Positions 63,152 to 64,000 of a DNA stretch of 64,000 nucleotides are shown piece by piece. The first letter of the stretch is position 1. Each line of letters starts with the position of its first letter. Where the stretch lies: assembly GCA_964270895.1 (NCBI GenBank), contig OZ185437.1, one strand, 5' to 3'. Both the position numbers and the translations under genes were made by a program. Source of the stretch: Podarcis filfolensis (taxonomy: Eukaryota). The notes beneath the pieces are model-generated. The model ran no database searches and had not been told where the DNA came from. It was given only the letters and a program-made list of their open reading frames with translations.

Positions 63152-64000
63152 CCATGGAAATACTGCCAATTAAAGGGAGGCATTTGGGTGCTACTGTGCC
63201 AAACGTAAGGTGGGGACTTATGTGTCTCCAGAGAGAGACTGAGAGAGCACAAGCACAAAGATTTGCACAGGCTAGCTTCTGTAAATGGATGCAATTTTAG
63301 AAATTATTGCTATAATTTTTATAGAAACATAGTACATATCAACGTAGAAGAAGAGACTGAGCAGGTGACCAGTGGGCCCACTTAGTCTGCTGTACAGATA
63401 CCATTGATGGCTGATTTTGAGGTCCCTGCTCTCCTTTCTTACAATTTTTTATCTTTAAACTGGACTTGGACCAGACAGTTCATCAAATACAGGACAGCCC
63501 TTAAAATACCAACCTCTGTAAAGTAGGACCCATGGTCTACCTAGATGACCAGGAGTGTGAGAATTTGCCATTTGAGTATGTCAGCAGATACAGTGGTTTT
63601 TATAGAGCTTTCACAATACAATGTACAATTTACATAGATGTGTAAGCTCAAAAGGTAAGATGTTCCAGCATCTCATATTTACTATGAACAATGTCTTGGT
63701 CATGAGCTACTTTTCAGCTGCATTGATTCTTGCACTCTGGCTTATTCTTGGATTTTCTCTTCTTTGCAGGTTGTTCCAGGAGCTACTGATAACCACAGAG
63801 AATGCCATTCCTCCTGGGAACAGTAATAATTGAAACGATAACATACACAACCTACAACTACAAATGGATTCTTGAAAAGCAGAAGTTACTTCCTGTAAAA
63901 GTGCACTTGTTGAGATTAAGCCTTTGAAAAAACTGACCTCAATTGGGGGGGAAAATACAATTGAAGAAAGTTTGTTGCTGAATGAAGATAATATAGTGGC

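Noticed and set aside
1-64000. CRISPR arrays, operons or prokaryotic defence systems
   Set aside because: The sequence is vertebrate repeat-rich DNA with no regularly spaced repeats and no prokaryotic gene density.

Overview
Vertebrate nuclear DNA, almost certainly squamate and probably a lacertid lizard (inferred from Sauria/Squam1-type SINEs and the L1, L2, CR1, BovB/RTE and Penelope families present). It looks intronic or intergenic: I cannot identify any host protein-coding gene, rRNA, tRNA gene or CRISPR array. Nearly all ORFs in the track are chance ORFs or transposon debris. The window is a mosaic of SINEs, truncated LINEs, hAT and Tc1/mariner MITEs with clean TSDs, LTR-like remnants and simple repeats. 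The most notable object is an apparently full-length ~2.1 kb L1-mobilised element (22240-24341). It has a 15-bp TSD, a CpG-rich 5' UTR, a poly(A) tail and a single orphan ORF lacking RT/EN, whose end appears to derive from the L1 ORF2 C-terminus. Other items worth checking are a Penelope-type palindrome with a minimal hammerhead-ribozyme core (49232-49435), a 5'-inverted RTE insertion, a bipartite BovB derivative, a recurring MITE/L2-tail chimera and a three-level TE nest. Family names come from recalled motifs, not database searches. Boundaries without a TSD are approximate.
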